DNA from: an uncultured Anaerolineaceae bacterium
GTDB lineage: Bacteria; Chloroflexota; Limnocylindria; Limnocylindrales; CSP1-4
Reading direction: 5' to 3'
DNA: 64,000 nucleotides
Assembly (NCBI GenBank): GCA_964427285.1
Contig: CAYRTS010000008.1
Coordinates: 7,469 to 71,468 of the forward strand
Within the stretch, counting starts at the first letter, position 1. Each line of letters begins with the position of its first letter. The notes below the pieces were generated by a model. That model searched no databases. It saw only the letters and a list, made by a program, of their open reading frames with translations, and was not told the origin of the DNA. Of this stretch, positions 9,807-19,150 are shown one piece after another. Position numbers and translations under genes: made by a program.

Positions 9807-10108
9807 GGGGATCTCGAGGCGACGTCGCTCCACGCGACAACGCGCCCGGCAGTCGCGAGCCGCCACCGAGCCCGGTGGCACGGCCGTGGCCGGGCAGGGC
9901 TCGCTGCTCAGTGTCGCCTGGTAGTCGCGCTTCGCTCGGAGCAATATCTGATCGTCCGCCTTCCCGACGTGGCCGCCCAGCGCGACCTCCGGAACCAGCG
10001 CGGGCGCCGCCCCTGAAAGCCGGTGTGCTATCCTCCCGCATCGGCCGTGCCGGGTCTTCGTGTACCCGCGCCGACCGCGAAAAGCGGTAGTCACCAAGGG
10101 GACAGACC

Positions 10109-11143
10109 ATCAGTCGAGACCTGCGCGTCAACCAGATGATCCGGATCCCACAGGTCCGGGTGGTCGATGAAGAAGGTGCCCAGCTTGGGGTGATGCCCAC
10201 GCCGCGGGCACTCGAGATGGCGCAGGATCGAGGCCTCGATCTCGTCGAGGTTGCCCCGATGGCGTCGCCGCCCGTCGTCAGGTTCCTGGATTTTGGACAA
10301 TACAAATACGAACTGACGAAGCGGGAAAAGGAAGCCAAGCGCAAGCAGCGCTCGGTGACATTCAAGGAAGTTCGCCTGTCGCCGAAGATCGGCATCGGCG
10401 ACTTCGACACGAAGGTGAACCGGGCCGTTGAGTTTCTGGAGGATGGCGATCGAATCAAGGTGACGGTTCGCTTCCGAGGACGCGAGCTGACGCATCCGGA
10501 GCTCGGGCGGAACCTGCTCGCCAGGTTCACGGATCGGGTGAAGGATCATGGGCTCGCGGAACGGACGCCGTTGCTCGAGGGCAAGTCGATGCACATCACC
10601 ATGGCATCGATTCACAAACCGAAGGGCCACGACGCTCCAGCGACCAAGGGTGGGGATGCCGGCGAGTCTCGAGGGCCGGCATCACCGGCTCCGCTTGGGG
10701 CTACCGGACAGTTGATATCACCGGCTCCGGTTGCGGCTCCGGTACCACCGGCTCCGGTTGCGGCTCCGGTGGCGGCCCCGGATCCAGTGGCAACCAGCGA
10801 TCCAGCAGCAGCGCCAAAGGCAATCCTGGTCGAAGCTCCGAAAGCGGTTCCGTCAGACGCGCCACCGGCTGCAAGCCCCGCGGCTGCAAGCCCGGCCGGC
10901 GATGCCAGCCCGGCGGCTCCAAGTTCCGCCGAAGTCAATCCCTCAGAACCCAAGCCGCCACGGGCGACAGCAGCAGTCAGCGCGAAACCGAGGGCCATCA
11001 GGACACCTGCCAAATCGGGAACCGCGGCGGAGCCCGGGGACGCAGACGCCGACGCAGTGACTCGGAGCGCGGCCCAACCCCGGGCCACCCGAACAACCAA
11101 GGCCAGGACCCCGGCGCCAGAGCCGGTCGCAACAGGAGAGTGA
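10109..11143 (+). CDS. infC: Translation initiation factor IF-3 with a ~165-aa Ala/Pro-rich C-terminal tail
   Basis: The conserved N-terminus RVNQMIRIPQVRVVDEEGAQLGV extends upstream of the first ATG (10136). An in-frame ATC at 10109 lies 6 nt after the SD AAGGGGA (10096-10102), and an in-frame stop sits at 10088. There is no ATG/GTG/TTG between them. Confidence 0.85.
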   Translation: MSRDLRVNQMIRIPQVRVVDEEGAQLGVMPTPRALEMAQDRGLDLVEVAPMASPPVVRFLDFGQYKYELTKREKEAKRKQRSVTFKEVRLSPKIGIGDFDTKVNRAVEFLEDGDRIKVTVRFRGRELTHPELGRNLLARFTDRVKDHGLAERTPLLEGKSMHITMASIHKPKGHDAPATKGGDAGESRGPASPAPLGATGQLISPAPVAAPVPPAPVAAPVAAPDPVATSDPAAAPKAILVEAPKAVPSDAPPAASPAAASPAGDASPAAPSSAEVNPSEPKPPRATAAVSAKPRAIRTPAKSGTAAEPGDADADAVTRSAAQPRATRTTKARTPAPEPVATGE

Positions 11144-11150
11144 GGCCGAA

Positions 11151-11348
11151 GTGCCAAAGATCAAGAGCCACAAGGCAGCCCAGAAGCGAATCGGCGTGAC
11201 CGGCACAGGCAAGTTCGTCCGCGTCAATGCCTGGAGCGGCCATCACCTCGAAATCAAGTCGTCCCGTCGAACGCGCCGCTACGCCGGAAAGTCCGTGCTC
11301 GGGCCCGAGCACGCCAAGCAGGTTCGTCGCCTGCTGCCGTACCTCTAG
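11151..11348 (+). CDS. rpmI: 50S ribosomal protein L35
   Basis: MPKIKSHKAAQKRIGVTGTGK; canonical position after infC. Confidence 0.95.
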   Translation: MPKIKSHKAAQKRIGVTGTGKFVRVNAWSGHHLEIKSSRRTRRYAGKSVLGPEHAKQVRRLLPYL

Positions 11349-11363
11349 GAGCTGGTTCACCTC

Positions 11364-11714
11364 ATGGCACGAGTCAAGCGGGGCGTCACGTCCCACCGGC
11401 GCCACAAGCGCCTCCTCCATGATTCTGAAGGTCGCAAGGGCGCCAAGTCGCGGCTGATCAAGCCCGCTCGTGAAGCCCTGCTCCACGCACTCGCCTATGC
11501 GACCCGCGATCGCAAGCAGCGCAAGCGCGCCATGCGCGAGCTGTGGATCATCCGGATCAATGCCGCGGCCCGACAGCACGGCCTGACCTATGGCCAGTTC
11601 ATCAACGGCCTCAAGAAGGCCCAGGTGGAGGTCGATCGCAAGATCCTCGCCGACCTGGCGGTCCGCGATGCGGGCACCTTCGGTCGGATCGCCGAGCTTG
11701 CGAAGGGCGCCTGA
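11364..11714 (+). CDS. rplT: 50S ribosomal protein L20
   Basis: [18 protein letters not shown]...; canonical infC-rpmI-rplT order. Confidence 0.95.
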   Translation: MARVKRGVTSHRRHKRLLHDSEGRKGAKSRLIKPAREALLHALAYATRDRKQRKRAMRELWIIRINAAARQHGLTYGQFINGLKKAQVEVDRKILADLAVRDAGTFGRIAELAKGA

Positions 11715-11761
11715 CAGCCAGCCCCCGTTTCGGCAACCGATGGCCCGCTACCCTGTCCGAG

Positions 11762-11800
11762 CCCTCGACGTCGGTGACGGTCGAGGGTTCGTGATTCTGA
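11762..11800 (+). terminator. Hairpin (8-bp stem CCCTCGAC/GTCGAGGG, 10-nt loop) plus T-containing tail between rplT and pheS
   Basis: Stem at 11762-11769 / 11780-11787, followed by ttcgtgattctga. Could be a terminator or an attenuator. Confidence 0.35.
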
Positions 11801-11828
11801 TCACCGCCGCACGGCTACGAGGAACTGT

Positions 11829-12869
11829 GTGGACCTGGCCGGCCTGACCCGCGACCTGGACGCTCTCCGGGCCGAAGCGCTGGCCGCCATCGACCATGCC
11901 CCAGACAGCGCGACGCTGGATGCCGTGGCCCTTGACGTGCTCGGCAAGAAGGGCAGACTCACGACGGTTCTGCGCGGAATCGGGGCCCTCCCGCCCGACG
12001 ATCGCCCCAGGGTTGGCGCCGTGGCGAACCTCGTTCGCGGCGCCATCGAGGCCGCCCTTGCCGAGCGCAGCGCAGCCATGCGCGGCTCGGAACTGTCCGC
12101 ACGGCTGGCGGCCGAGACTATTGACGTCTCCACGCCGGGTCGGGGGATCCGTCGCGGCAGCCTCCACCCGAGCATCGAGGCGATGCGCGAAATCGCCGAG
12201 ATCTTCGAGCAGTTCGGGTTCGTGACCTACGAGAGCCCGGAGATCGAGGACGACCGGACCAATTTCCAGATGCTCAACATCCCGCCGGATCATCCCGCCC
12301 GCGACCTGTGGGACACCCTGTACGTGGACGTTGAGGGCCGGCTGCTTCGAACCCACACCTCGCCTGGACAGATCCGGGTCATGCACACGGAGCGACCGCC
12401 GATCCGGGCGCTGCTGCCCGGTCGCTGCTATCGCTACGAGTCGATCGACGCCAGTCACGCCTCCGAGTTCTTCCAGGTGGAGGGCCTGATGATCGATGAA
12501 GGCACGACGATGGCGCACCTCAAGGGCCTGCTGGACCAATTTGCGAAGGCGATGTTCGGGGCGGACAAGCAGACACGGTTCCGGCCCGGGTACTACCCAT
12601 TCACCGAGCCGTCCGTGGCCTTTGACGTGGAGTGCCTGGTCTGCGGGGGTTCCGGCTGTCCGGCCTGCGGGCGAACCGGCTGGATGACGATTCTCGGGGC
12701 CGGCATGGTCCACCCGGTGGTGCTCCAGTACGGTGGCCTGGATCCGGAGCGCTACCAGGGCTTTGCGTTTGGCATGGGCCCCGAACGGATCAAGATGCTC
12801 AAGCACGGGATCACGGATCTCCGCCTCTTCCTTGAGAACGACCTCCGCTTTCTGGAGCAGTTCCGGTGA
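11829..12869 (+). CDS. pheS: Phenylalanine--tRNA ligase alpha subunit
   Basis: 346 aa; class II motifs (FRPGYYPFTEPS, GMGPERI). GTG start preceded by GAGGAA. Confidence 0.95.
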   Translation: MDLAGLTRDLDALRAEALAAIDHAPDSATLDAVALDVLGKKGRLTTVLRGIGALPPDDRPRVGAVANLVRGAIEAALAERSAAMRGSELSARLAAETIDVSTPGRGIRRGSLHPSIEAMREIAEIFEQFGFVTYESPEIEDDRTNFQMLNIPPDHPARDLWDTLYVDVEGRLLRTHTSPGQIRVMHTERPPIRALLPGRCYRYESIDASHASEFFQVEGLMIDEGTTMAHLKGLLDQFAKAMFGADKQTRFRPGYYPFTEPSVAFDVECLVCGGSGCPACGRTGWMTILGAGMVHPVVLQYGGLDPERYQGFAFGMGPERIKMLKHGITDLRLFLENDLRFLEQFR

Positions 12870-15358
12870 GGGTGCCACTTTCGTGGCTGCGCGAGTATGT
12901 GGATGTGCAGCTGACACCCGAGCAACTGGCCGAGCGGCTGACCCTGCTGGGGATGGAGGTCCGCTCAGTCGAGACCTGGGGTGCCGATTGGGACAACGTC
13001 GTGGTGGGCGAGCTGCTCACCGTCGAACGCCACCCGCGCGCGGACCGGTTGTCCCTGACCCGGGTGGACGTCGGGACCGGAGCACCCCTCGAGATCGTGT
13101 GCGGCGCCACCAACATCGCGCCCGGCCAGCACGTGCCGGTCGCCCTGCCCGGCGCTGTCCTGCCTGGCAACCGGCGGATCGAACGGACCGAGAAGATGGG
13201 CGTGGTCAGCAATGGGATGCTCTGTTCCGGCAATGAACTGCACCTGACCGGTGACGCGGACGGGATCCTGATCCTGGCCGGTGACGCCCGGATCGGGGCG
13301 CCGCTGGCGGACCTGTACGGCGACACCGTGCTCGACGTGGACGTCAAGCCGAACCGCGGTGACGCCCTGTGCATGATCGGCCTGGCCCGCGAGGTCTCGG
13401 CGGTCACCGGGGCACCCGTGCGGTTCCCGGACACCGACCCACCGGAGTCGACGGCCGTCGGGGACCGAATCGCAAACCACCTGCGAGTCGATGTCGAGGA
13501 GCCGCGCCTGTGCCCGCGATTTGTCGGCCGGCGAGTCCATGACGTGAGCGTGGGTCCCTCACCAGATCTGATCCAGATGCGCCTGATCGCCGCGGGTCAA
13601 CGTCCGATCAGCAACGTGGTCGACGTCAGCAACTACGTCATGCTGGAACTGGGCAAGCCGATCCACACGTTTGATGCGACAGCTGTGCCCGACGGCAGGA
13701 TCGTGGTCCGCCTGGCTCGGATCGGCGAGACCATCGAGACACTCGACCACGTGACCCGCGAACTGGAGCCCGAGACCCTGCTGATCGCGAGCGTACACGG
13801 GCCCCTCGGGATCGCCGGCGTCATGGGCGGAGCCAGTTCGGAAATCCGCGCGGCCACCACGGAGGTGATCGTCGAATCCGCGATTTTCGATCCGGTGAGC
13901 ATCCGCCGAACGGCGTTCCGGTACGCCCTGCGCTCCGAGGCCAGTCTCCGCTTCGAAAAGGGCCAGGAGCACCGCCTGGCGCGCCTGGGTGCTGATCGAA
14001 CGGCGCGACTCATCGCCGAGTGGGCCGGTGGCCGGGTCATGGCCGGCGTCGTGGATACCAACTCCGCCGAACCTGTGCCTGCGAGGGTTGCGTTCCGGCC
14101 GGCGCGGATCAGCCGACTGCTCGGGGTGGACCTGCCCACGCCCGAGCAACGTGAGCTGCTCGGGCGCGTCGGCATCGCCACCGATGACGCACCCACCGGC
14201 ACCCGGATTGTCATCTCATCGGAGCCAATGCCCCTCGTCGTGGACGCGGACAGCGCGCCGACGCTCCTCGCGACCGTTCCGACCTGGCGACGCGACCTCG
14301 CCATCGAGGCCGACATCGCTGAGGAGGTCGCCCGGGTCCGGGGCTTCGACGTCATTCCCGGGATCCTCCCGCACACGCCGATGCCGCACTACCGGCCCTC
14401 GCCGCTCCGGTTGCGTCACCTCGTGCGCGAAACGCTCGCCGGGGCCGGGCTCAGCGAGGTGGTCACCTCCGCGCTCGTCGCCCCGGCGATGGTCGGGCGG
14501 TTCGGGCCATCGAGCGACCCGCTCCTGGCCGGCGAAGGCGACCCGGGTGGACGTCCCGTCACGGTCACGAACCCGCTTTCCAGCCAGCATTCGGTCATGC
14601 GTCAGAGCCTGCTCGGGAGCCTGCTGGAGATCGTTTCCTCCAACCAGCGCCAGGGTCGCCCGGACGTCGCCATCTTCGAGATCGGCAAGGGCTATGGCGC
14701 GACCAAGGACGGCGACGCGACCCACGAATGGTGGCGCCTTGGCATCGTACTCACCGGTGCTGCAGACAACCCAGCCTGGAACCGGCCGGCGCGTGGCTCC
14801 GACCTCGATGATGCCAAGGCCGTAATCGAATTGCTGGCACGGCGGTTGGGCCTGCCGTTCCCGACCTATACGCCGCTGCGGGATGACCCGCGGTTCCATC
14901 CTGGCCGCGCGGCGCGGATCACCGCAGGTTCCGGCCTGTCGGGGCGCATCGGCTCGCTCCATCCGGGCCTGGCGGACGAGCTGGAGTTGCGCGCCGCTGA
15001 GGTGGTCCTGGCCGAAGTCGCGATTGAGGGCCTGTCCGGCGGTCAGCCGAGCATCCCGCGCGTTGTCGCTCCGTCCCGCCATCCGGCTGTCGAGCGTGAC
15101 CTGGCCGTCATCGTTCCCGAGGCGACGCCGGCGGCGGACGTCGGGTCCTCGATCCGCGGTCATGGAGGACCCCTGCTCCAGTCCGTCGTCCTGTTTGATG
15201 TCTACCGCGGCAGACCGCTGGCTGAGCAGGAGAAGAGCCTGGCGTTCCGGCTCGCCTTCCAGGCCGATCGGACCTTGACCGAAGGCGAGGTCGATGTGGC
15301 CCTCGCCGCCGTGACCCGCGCCCTCGTCTCCGAGGTCAACGGTCGCCTGCGCACCTGA
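12866..15358 (+). CDS. pheT: Phenylalanine--tRNA ligase beta subunit
   Basis: 830 aa. MRVPLSWLREYV start, tRNA-binding, B3/4, B5 and FDX-ACB regions. 4-nt overlap with pheS. Confidence 0.95.
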   Translation: MRVPLSWLREYVDVQLTPEQLAERLTLLGMEVRSVETWGADWDNVVVGELLTVERHPRADRLSLTRVDVGTGAPLEIVCGATNIAPGQHVPVALPGAVLPGNRRIERTEKMGVVSNGMLCSGNELHLTGDADGILILAGDARIGAPLADLYGDTVLDVDVKPNRGDALCMIGLAREVSAVTGAPVRFPDTDPPESTAVGDRIANHLRVDVEEPRLCPRFVGRRVHDVSVGPSPDLIQMRLIAAGQRPISNVVDVSNYVMLELGKPIHTFDATAVPDGRIVVRLARIGETIETLDHVTRELEPETLLIASVHGPLGIAGVMGGASSEIRAATTEVIVESAIFDPVSIRRTAFRYALRSEASLRFEKGQEHRLARLGADRTARLIAEWAGGRVMAGVVDTNSAEPVPARVAFRPARISRLLGVDLPTPEQRELLGRVGIATDDAPTGTRIVISSEPMPLVVDADSAPTLLATVPTWRRDLAIEADIAEEVARVRGFDVIPGILPHTPMPHYRPSPLRLRHLVRETLAGAGLSEVVTSALVAPAMVGRFGPSSDPLLAGEGDPGGRPVTVTNPLSSQHSVMRQSLLGSLLEIVSSNQRQGRPDVAIFEIGKGYGATKDGDATHEWWRLGIVLTGAADNPAWNRPARGSDLDDAKAVIELLARRLGLPFPTYTPLRDDPRFHPGRAARITAGSGLSGRIGSLHPGLADELELRAAEVVLAEVAIEGLSGGQPSIPRVVAPSRHPAVERDLAVIVPEATPAADVGSSIRGHGGPLLQSVVLFDVYRGRPLAEQEKSLAFRLAFQADRTLTEGEVDVALAAVTRALVSEVNGRLRT

Positions 15359-15483
15359 CCGCTTGGGACTCGCCCAAACTGACCACAACCGTGGTGGCCT
15401 CTTGCCGGGGCTGGATGGCCGCTGCTACCCTTGGCCGACTCTGGCCCCGACGCGAACCGGGAGCCTGATCATGGAGGCACTGC

Positions 15484-16071
15484 GTGAACCTCGGGGAGTT
15501 CTTCGGCGGGTTTGGCACCGTCGACCTGCTGATCGTGCTCTACTTCATCGGCTTCTTTGTGCTCGGTTTTGCCCAGGGGACCATCCGCCGTCTCCTTGGC
15601 ATCGGCTCGGTCCTCTTTTCGTTTCTGTTCGCCGCCAACCTGGCCGATACGCTGGGCCAGTTCCTGGGTGACAACTGGACGCAGTTCCCGCGGTCGTACA
15701 GCTACATGCTGGGCTTTGGGCTGATCTTTTCCGCGTCGGTGGTCGCGCTGGCGCTCATCGTCCAGAGCTACTACCGGCCCCAGCAACTGTTCCAAAAGGC
15801 CCGCTTTGCCGACGAGATCATCGGTGGCTTCCTGGGCCTGCTTCAGGCGGCCCTGTTCTTCGCGGCGGTCCTGGTGATCCTCGACAGCTTCTTCCGGATC
15901 CCGGGGCTCCCGGTCGACGCGCAGGAGTTGCCCTTCCTCCGCGAATTCTGGGGCGGCCTGGACCACACCCAGTTTGCGGCGGTGTTCCGAAACACGATCA
16001 TCCCGCTGAGTTTCGTGCTCACCGGTTTGTTCATCCCGGACAACATCAAGCAGGCGTACCCGCTGCGCTGA
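15484..16071 (+). CDS. cvpA: CvpA-family integral membrane protein
   Basis: 195 aa with four hydrophobic helices. The start, FGTVDLLIVLYFIGFFVLGFAQG, resembles colicin V production protein family members. Confidence 0.65.
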   Translation: MNLGEFFGGFGTVDLLIVLYFIGFFVLGFAQGTIRRLLGIGSVLFSFLFAANLADTLGQFLGDNWTQFPRSYSYMLGFGLIFSASVVALALIVQSYYRPQQLFQKARFADEIIGGFLGLLQAALFFAAVLVILDSFFRIPGLPVDAQELPFLREFWGGLDHTQFAAVFRNTIIPLSFVLTGLFIPDNIKQAYPLR

Positions 16072-16763
16072 GCCGGCCGCCGGTCTTCGCTCGGGAGGTC
16101 CTGGCCGGGCCGACGCTCGATGCGGCGCGTGCGCTGCTTGGTGCGCATCTGGTCCGGGAGGCCGCTACGGGTCGGCGGGTTGGCCGAATCGTCGAAGTTG
16201 AGGCGTACATCGGCCGGGATGATCTCGCCTCCCATGCCCGATTCGGCGTGACCGCGCGCAGTCGGCCGATGTTTGGGCCGCCCGGCATGACCTACGTGTA
16301 CCTTGTCTACGGGATGCATGCCTGCCTCAACGTCGTGACCGAACCGGACGGCTCGCCGGCCGCCGTGCTGATTCGCGGGCTGGCGCCGGTCGAAGGACTG
16401 GATCAGATGCGCCTGGCTCGGGCGACCCAGGCGACGGCTGCACGCCGCGTGACGTCCCCCGATCAGCCGGCGAGCGACCTGGAGCGCATCGCCAAAATCC
16501 CGGACCTGCGGCTGGCCAGCGGCCCGGGGCTGGTGGGGGCGGCGTTCGGCCTTGACAGAGGCTGGACCGGAATCGACCTGTGCGATCCGGGCTCCTCGCT
16601 GCGCCTCGCGCCGCCGACCTTCGACCCCACCCGGGAGGCGCCAAGGATCGTTGCCACGCCCCGCGTCGGCATCGACTATGCCGGGGCGCCATGGACGACC
16701 ATGGCGTGGCGCTTCCTCCTTGCCGGCGACCCGTCTGTCTCGCGCCCGCACAGCGCCACCTGA
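16068..16763 (+). CDS. mpg: DNA-3-methyladenine glycosylase (Mpg/AAG family); start codon non-canonical or unresolved
   Basis: Core motif MFGPPGMTYVYLVYGMHACLNVV. About 59 further family-like residues (..AREVLAGPTLDAARALLGAHLV..GRIVEVEAYIG..DLASHA) lie upstream of the first canonical start (GTG 16248). They run open to a CTG at 16068, which overlaps the cvpA stop (cTGA). Confidence 0.75.
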   Translation: MSRPPVFAREVLAGPTLDAARALLGAHLVREAATGRRVGRIVEVEAYIGRDDLASHARFGVTARSRPMFGPPGMTYVYLVYGMHACLNVVTEPDGSPAAVLIRGLAPVEGLDQMRLARATQATAARRVTSPDQPASDLERIAKIPDLRLASGPGLVGAAFGLDRGWTGIDLCDPGSSLRLAPPTFDPTREAPRIVATPRVGIDYAGAPWTTMAWRFLLAGDPSVSRPHSAT

Positions 16764-16771
16764 CACCCTCG

Positions 16772-19147
16772 ATGGACCAACGATCCGCCGTCCTGCTCGA
16801 ATTCCCGGTCGTCCGCGCGAGGCTTGCAGCAGCCACCTCCTTCCCGCCCTCGCGAGCCCTGGCGGATGCGCTGGAACCGTCCGCGGAACCCGTGATGGTG
16901 GCCCGCGGCCTCGACGAGACGGATCAGATGCGGGCACTCCTCGAGGAGCGACCCGGCGTCGGGATCGGTGGATCGCATGACATGGGCCCGGCCATCGAAC
17001 GGTCGATCCGTGGCGGCCGCCTCGAGCCGTCGCAGTTCCTCGAGATTGCGGACACGCTCGACGCCGCCGCCCGGCTGGCCACCGCGCTCGGGGACGAACG
17101 GCGGCCACTGCTGCGCGGGCTCGGCCAGGAGCTCCATCCGCTGCCAGCCCTGCGATCCACCCTGGCTCGCAGCTTCGATCCCGTGGGCGAGCTGCTCGAC
17201 ACTGCCTCGCCACGGCTCGGTGGCGTTCGCGCGGCCGTGCGCGTCGCGTTCGATCGGTTGCGGCGCCGACTGGATGCGCTGATCGGGGCGGAGCTCGGCG
17301 ACGCGCTCCAGGAACCCATCGTCACGCTGCGCAATGGCCGCTACGTGGTGCCGGTCAAGGCCGAGGCGCGATCCCGCGTCAAGGGGATCGTCCATGACGC
17401 GTCGGGCAGCGGCCAGACCCTGTTCATCGAACCACTGGTGATCGTGGAACTGGGGAACGCCTGGCGGGAGGCCAAGGCTGCCGAGGCCGAGGAGGTCGCA
17501 CGAATCCTCGACGAATTGTCGGCCTTCGTGGCGGCCAATGGGTCGGCCCTGCGCGAAACGCTGGATGCCCTGGCGCGCTTCGACTTCTGGGCGGCCAAGG
17601 CGGCGCTCGCGGGCGAGATGGGGGCGGTCCGCGCCGAGACCGTCGAGCGCTCCGAGGTCACGCTCTTGTCGGCCCGACATCCCGGCCTGACCGGCCGCGT
17701 CATCCCGATCGACATCCGGCTGGGCGACGGCTATTCAGCGCTGGTCGTGACCGGACCAAATACCGGCGGCAAGACGGTCACGCTGCGCACGCTGGGCCTG
17801 CTCAGCCTGATGCACCAGGCCGGCCTGCACATCCCGGCCGCACCCGGCAGCCGCCTCCCGATCTGGCGCGACGTCTTCGCCGACATCGGTGACGAGCAGT
17901 CCATCGCGCAGTCGCTGTCCACCTTCTCCGGCCATCTGCGCTCCATCATCCGGATCGTGGGGTCGGCGGGCCCCCGAACGCTGGTCCTGCTGGACGAGCT
18001 CGGCGCGGGGACCGACCCAACCGAGGGGTCCGCCCTTGCCCAGGCGCTGCTCGATCGCTTCATCTCGGCCGGCGCCCTGGTGGCTGCGACGACCCACTAC
18101 GCCGAGTTGAAGGCCTATGCCCACACGACCCCGGGCGTACAGAACGCCGCCGTCGAGTTCGATCTCGAATCGCTCTCGCCGACCTATCGCCTCACCATCG
18201 GGCTGCCCGGCGGCAGCCAGGCGTTCGCGATCGCCGAGCGCCTCGGCCTGGACAGTGCCATCGTGGCGGATGCCCGCTCGCGGCTGACCGAATCCCAGCG
18301 CTCGTTCGAGGCGACGCTCGCGTCGATTCGCACGGCCGAGTCGGCCACCGGCGATGCCCTGGACCGGGCACGGGTCGCCGAACTTCGGGCGGCCGACGCG
18401 TTGCAGGTGGCCGAGGACGAGCGCCGACGCGCCCGTCGTGAGCGGGACGACACAGTCCGCACGGCTCGCGCCGAGGCCGAACGGATGGTCGATGCGCTGC
18501 GGGCAGAGGTCAGCTCCACCAGGCAGGCCCTGGACCGCGAGACCCTCACCGCCGCGTCCATCGATGAAGCGGTCAGTCGGGTCGAGGCCGACCTGGAGCG
18601 CGTGCCGTCGGCCGAGCCCATCCACGAGCCCGAGGCCGAGCCGGCGGCCCCGATCATCTGGCAGCTGGGGGATCGCGCCCGGAGTCGTTCGGGTGGCTGG
18701 GAGGGTCGCATCGCGGCGCTGGAGCGCGGTGGCAAGCGGGCCACGCTCGAAGCGGGCGGCATGCGCGTAACGGTTGACACCGAGGACCTCGTGCCCGCGA
18801 TCGGGGGCGGCCCGGTCAGCCACGGTGCCGGAGCAGGATCCAGCGGCGACGGCGGCTCTGGCTTCGCATCGAGCACGTCATCGCTCCAGTTCGAACGGGC
18901 ACGCAGCGTCGCATCATCACTGGACCTGCGCGGCGCACGGGTGGACGAGGCGCTCGATGCCCTCGCGCGCTACCTCGACGACGCGAGCCTGGCGAGCCTG
19001 GCCAAGGTCATCATCATCCATGGCATGGGCACTGGTGCCCTGCGCGATGCGGTTCGGGCCGCAGCCGGCAGCCATCCGCTGGTGCGCTCGCTCCGGGCCG
19101 GGCAGCGTGGCGAAGGCGGCGACGGAGCCACGATCGTCGAGTTGTAG
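16772..19147 (+). CDS. mutS2: Endonuclease MutS2 (MutS domain plus C-terminal Smr)
   Basis: Walker A GPNTGGKT. C-terminal Smr domain LDLRGARVDEAL..IIHGMGTGALR. The ATG at 16772 follows the mpg stop; the ORF-track start at 16580 lies inside mpg. Confidence 0.9.
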   Translation: MDQRSAVLLEFPVVRARLAAATSFPPSRALADALEPSAEPVMVARGLDETDQMRALLEERPGVGIGGSHDMGPAIERSIRGGRLEPSQFLEIADTLDAAARLATALGDERRPLLRGLGQELHPLPALRSTLARSFDPVGELLDTASPRLGGVRAAVRVAFDRLRRRLDALIGAELGDALQEPIVTLRNGRYVVPVKAEARSRVKGIVHDASGSGQTLFIEPLVIVELGNAWREAKAAEAEEVARILDELSAFVAANGSALRETLDALARFDFWAAKAALAGEMGAVRAETVERSEVTLLSARHPGLTGRVIPIDIRLGDGYSALVVTGPNTGGKTVTLRTLGLLSLMHQAGLHIPAAPGSRLPIWRDVFADIGDEQSIAQSLSTFSGHLRSIIRIVGSAGPRTLVLLDELGAGTDPTEGSALAQALLDRFISAGALVAATTHYAELKAYAHTTPGVQNAAVEFDLESLSPTYRLTIGLPGGSQAFAIAERLGLDSAIVADARSRLTESQRSFEATLASIRTAESATGDALDRARVAELRAADALQVAEDERRRARRERDDTVRTARAEAERMVDALRAEVSSTRQALDRETLTAASIDEAVSRVEADLERVPSAEPIHEPEAEPAAPIIWQLGDRARSRSGGWEGRIAALERGGKRATLEAGGMRVTVDTEDLVPAIGGGPVSHGAGAGSSGDGGSGFASSTSSLQFERARSVASSLDLRGARVDEALDALARYLDDASLASLAKVIIIHGMGTGALRDAVRAAAGSHPLVRSLRAGQRGEGGDGATIVEL

Positions 19148-19150
19148 TCG

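Noticed and set aside
9475-9924. 149-aa ORF (and overlapping ORFs) in the thrS-infC spacer as a real gene.
   Set aside because: Arg/Ala/Ser-rich composition with no motif and no ribosome-binding site. It spans the decayed duplicate of the thrS 3' end in a different frame.
11748-12917. 389-aa antisense ORF opposite pheS. Similar long antisense or out-of-frame ORFs occur at 14216-15388, 15843-17213, 35464-36999, 39570-41174 and 51169-52263.
   Set aside because: All lie opposite or out of frame to genes with unmistakable family motifs (pheS/T, mutS2, the PaaK-like gene, recA, the CPBP gene). Their products are Arg/Gly/Pro-rich with no motifs. Long stop-free shadow frames are expected in DNA this GC-rich.
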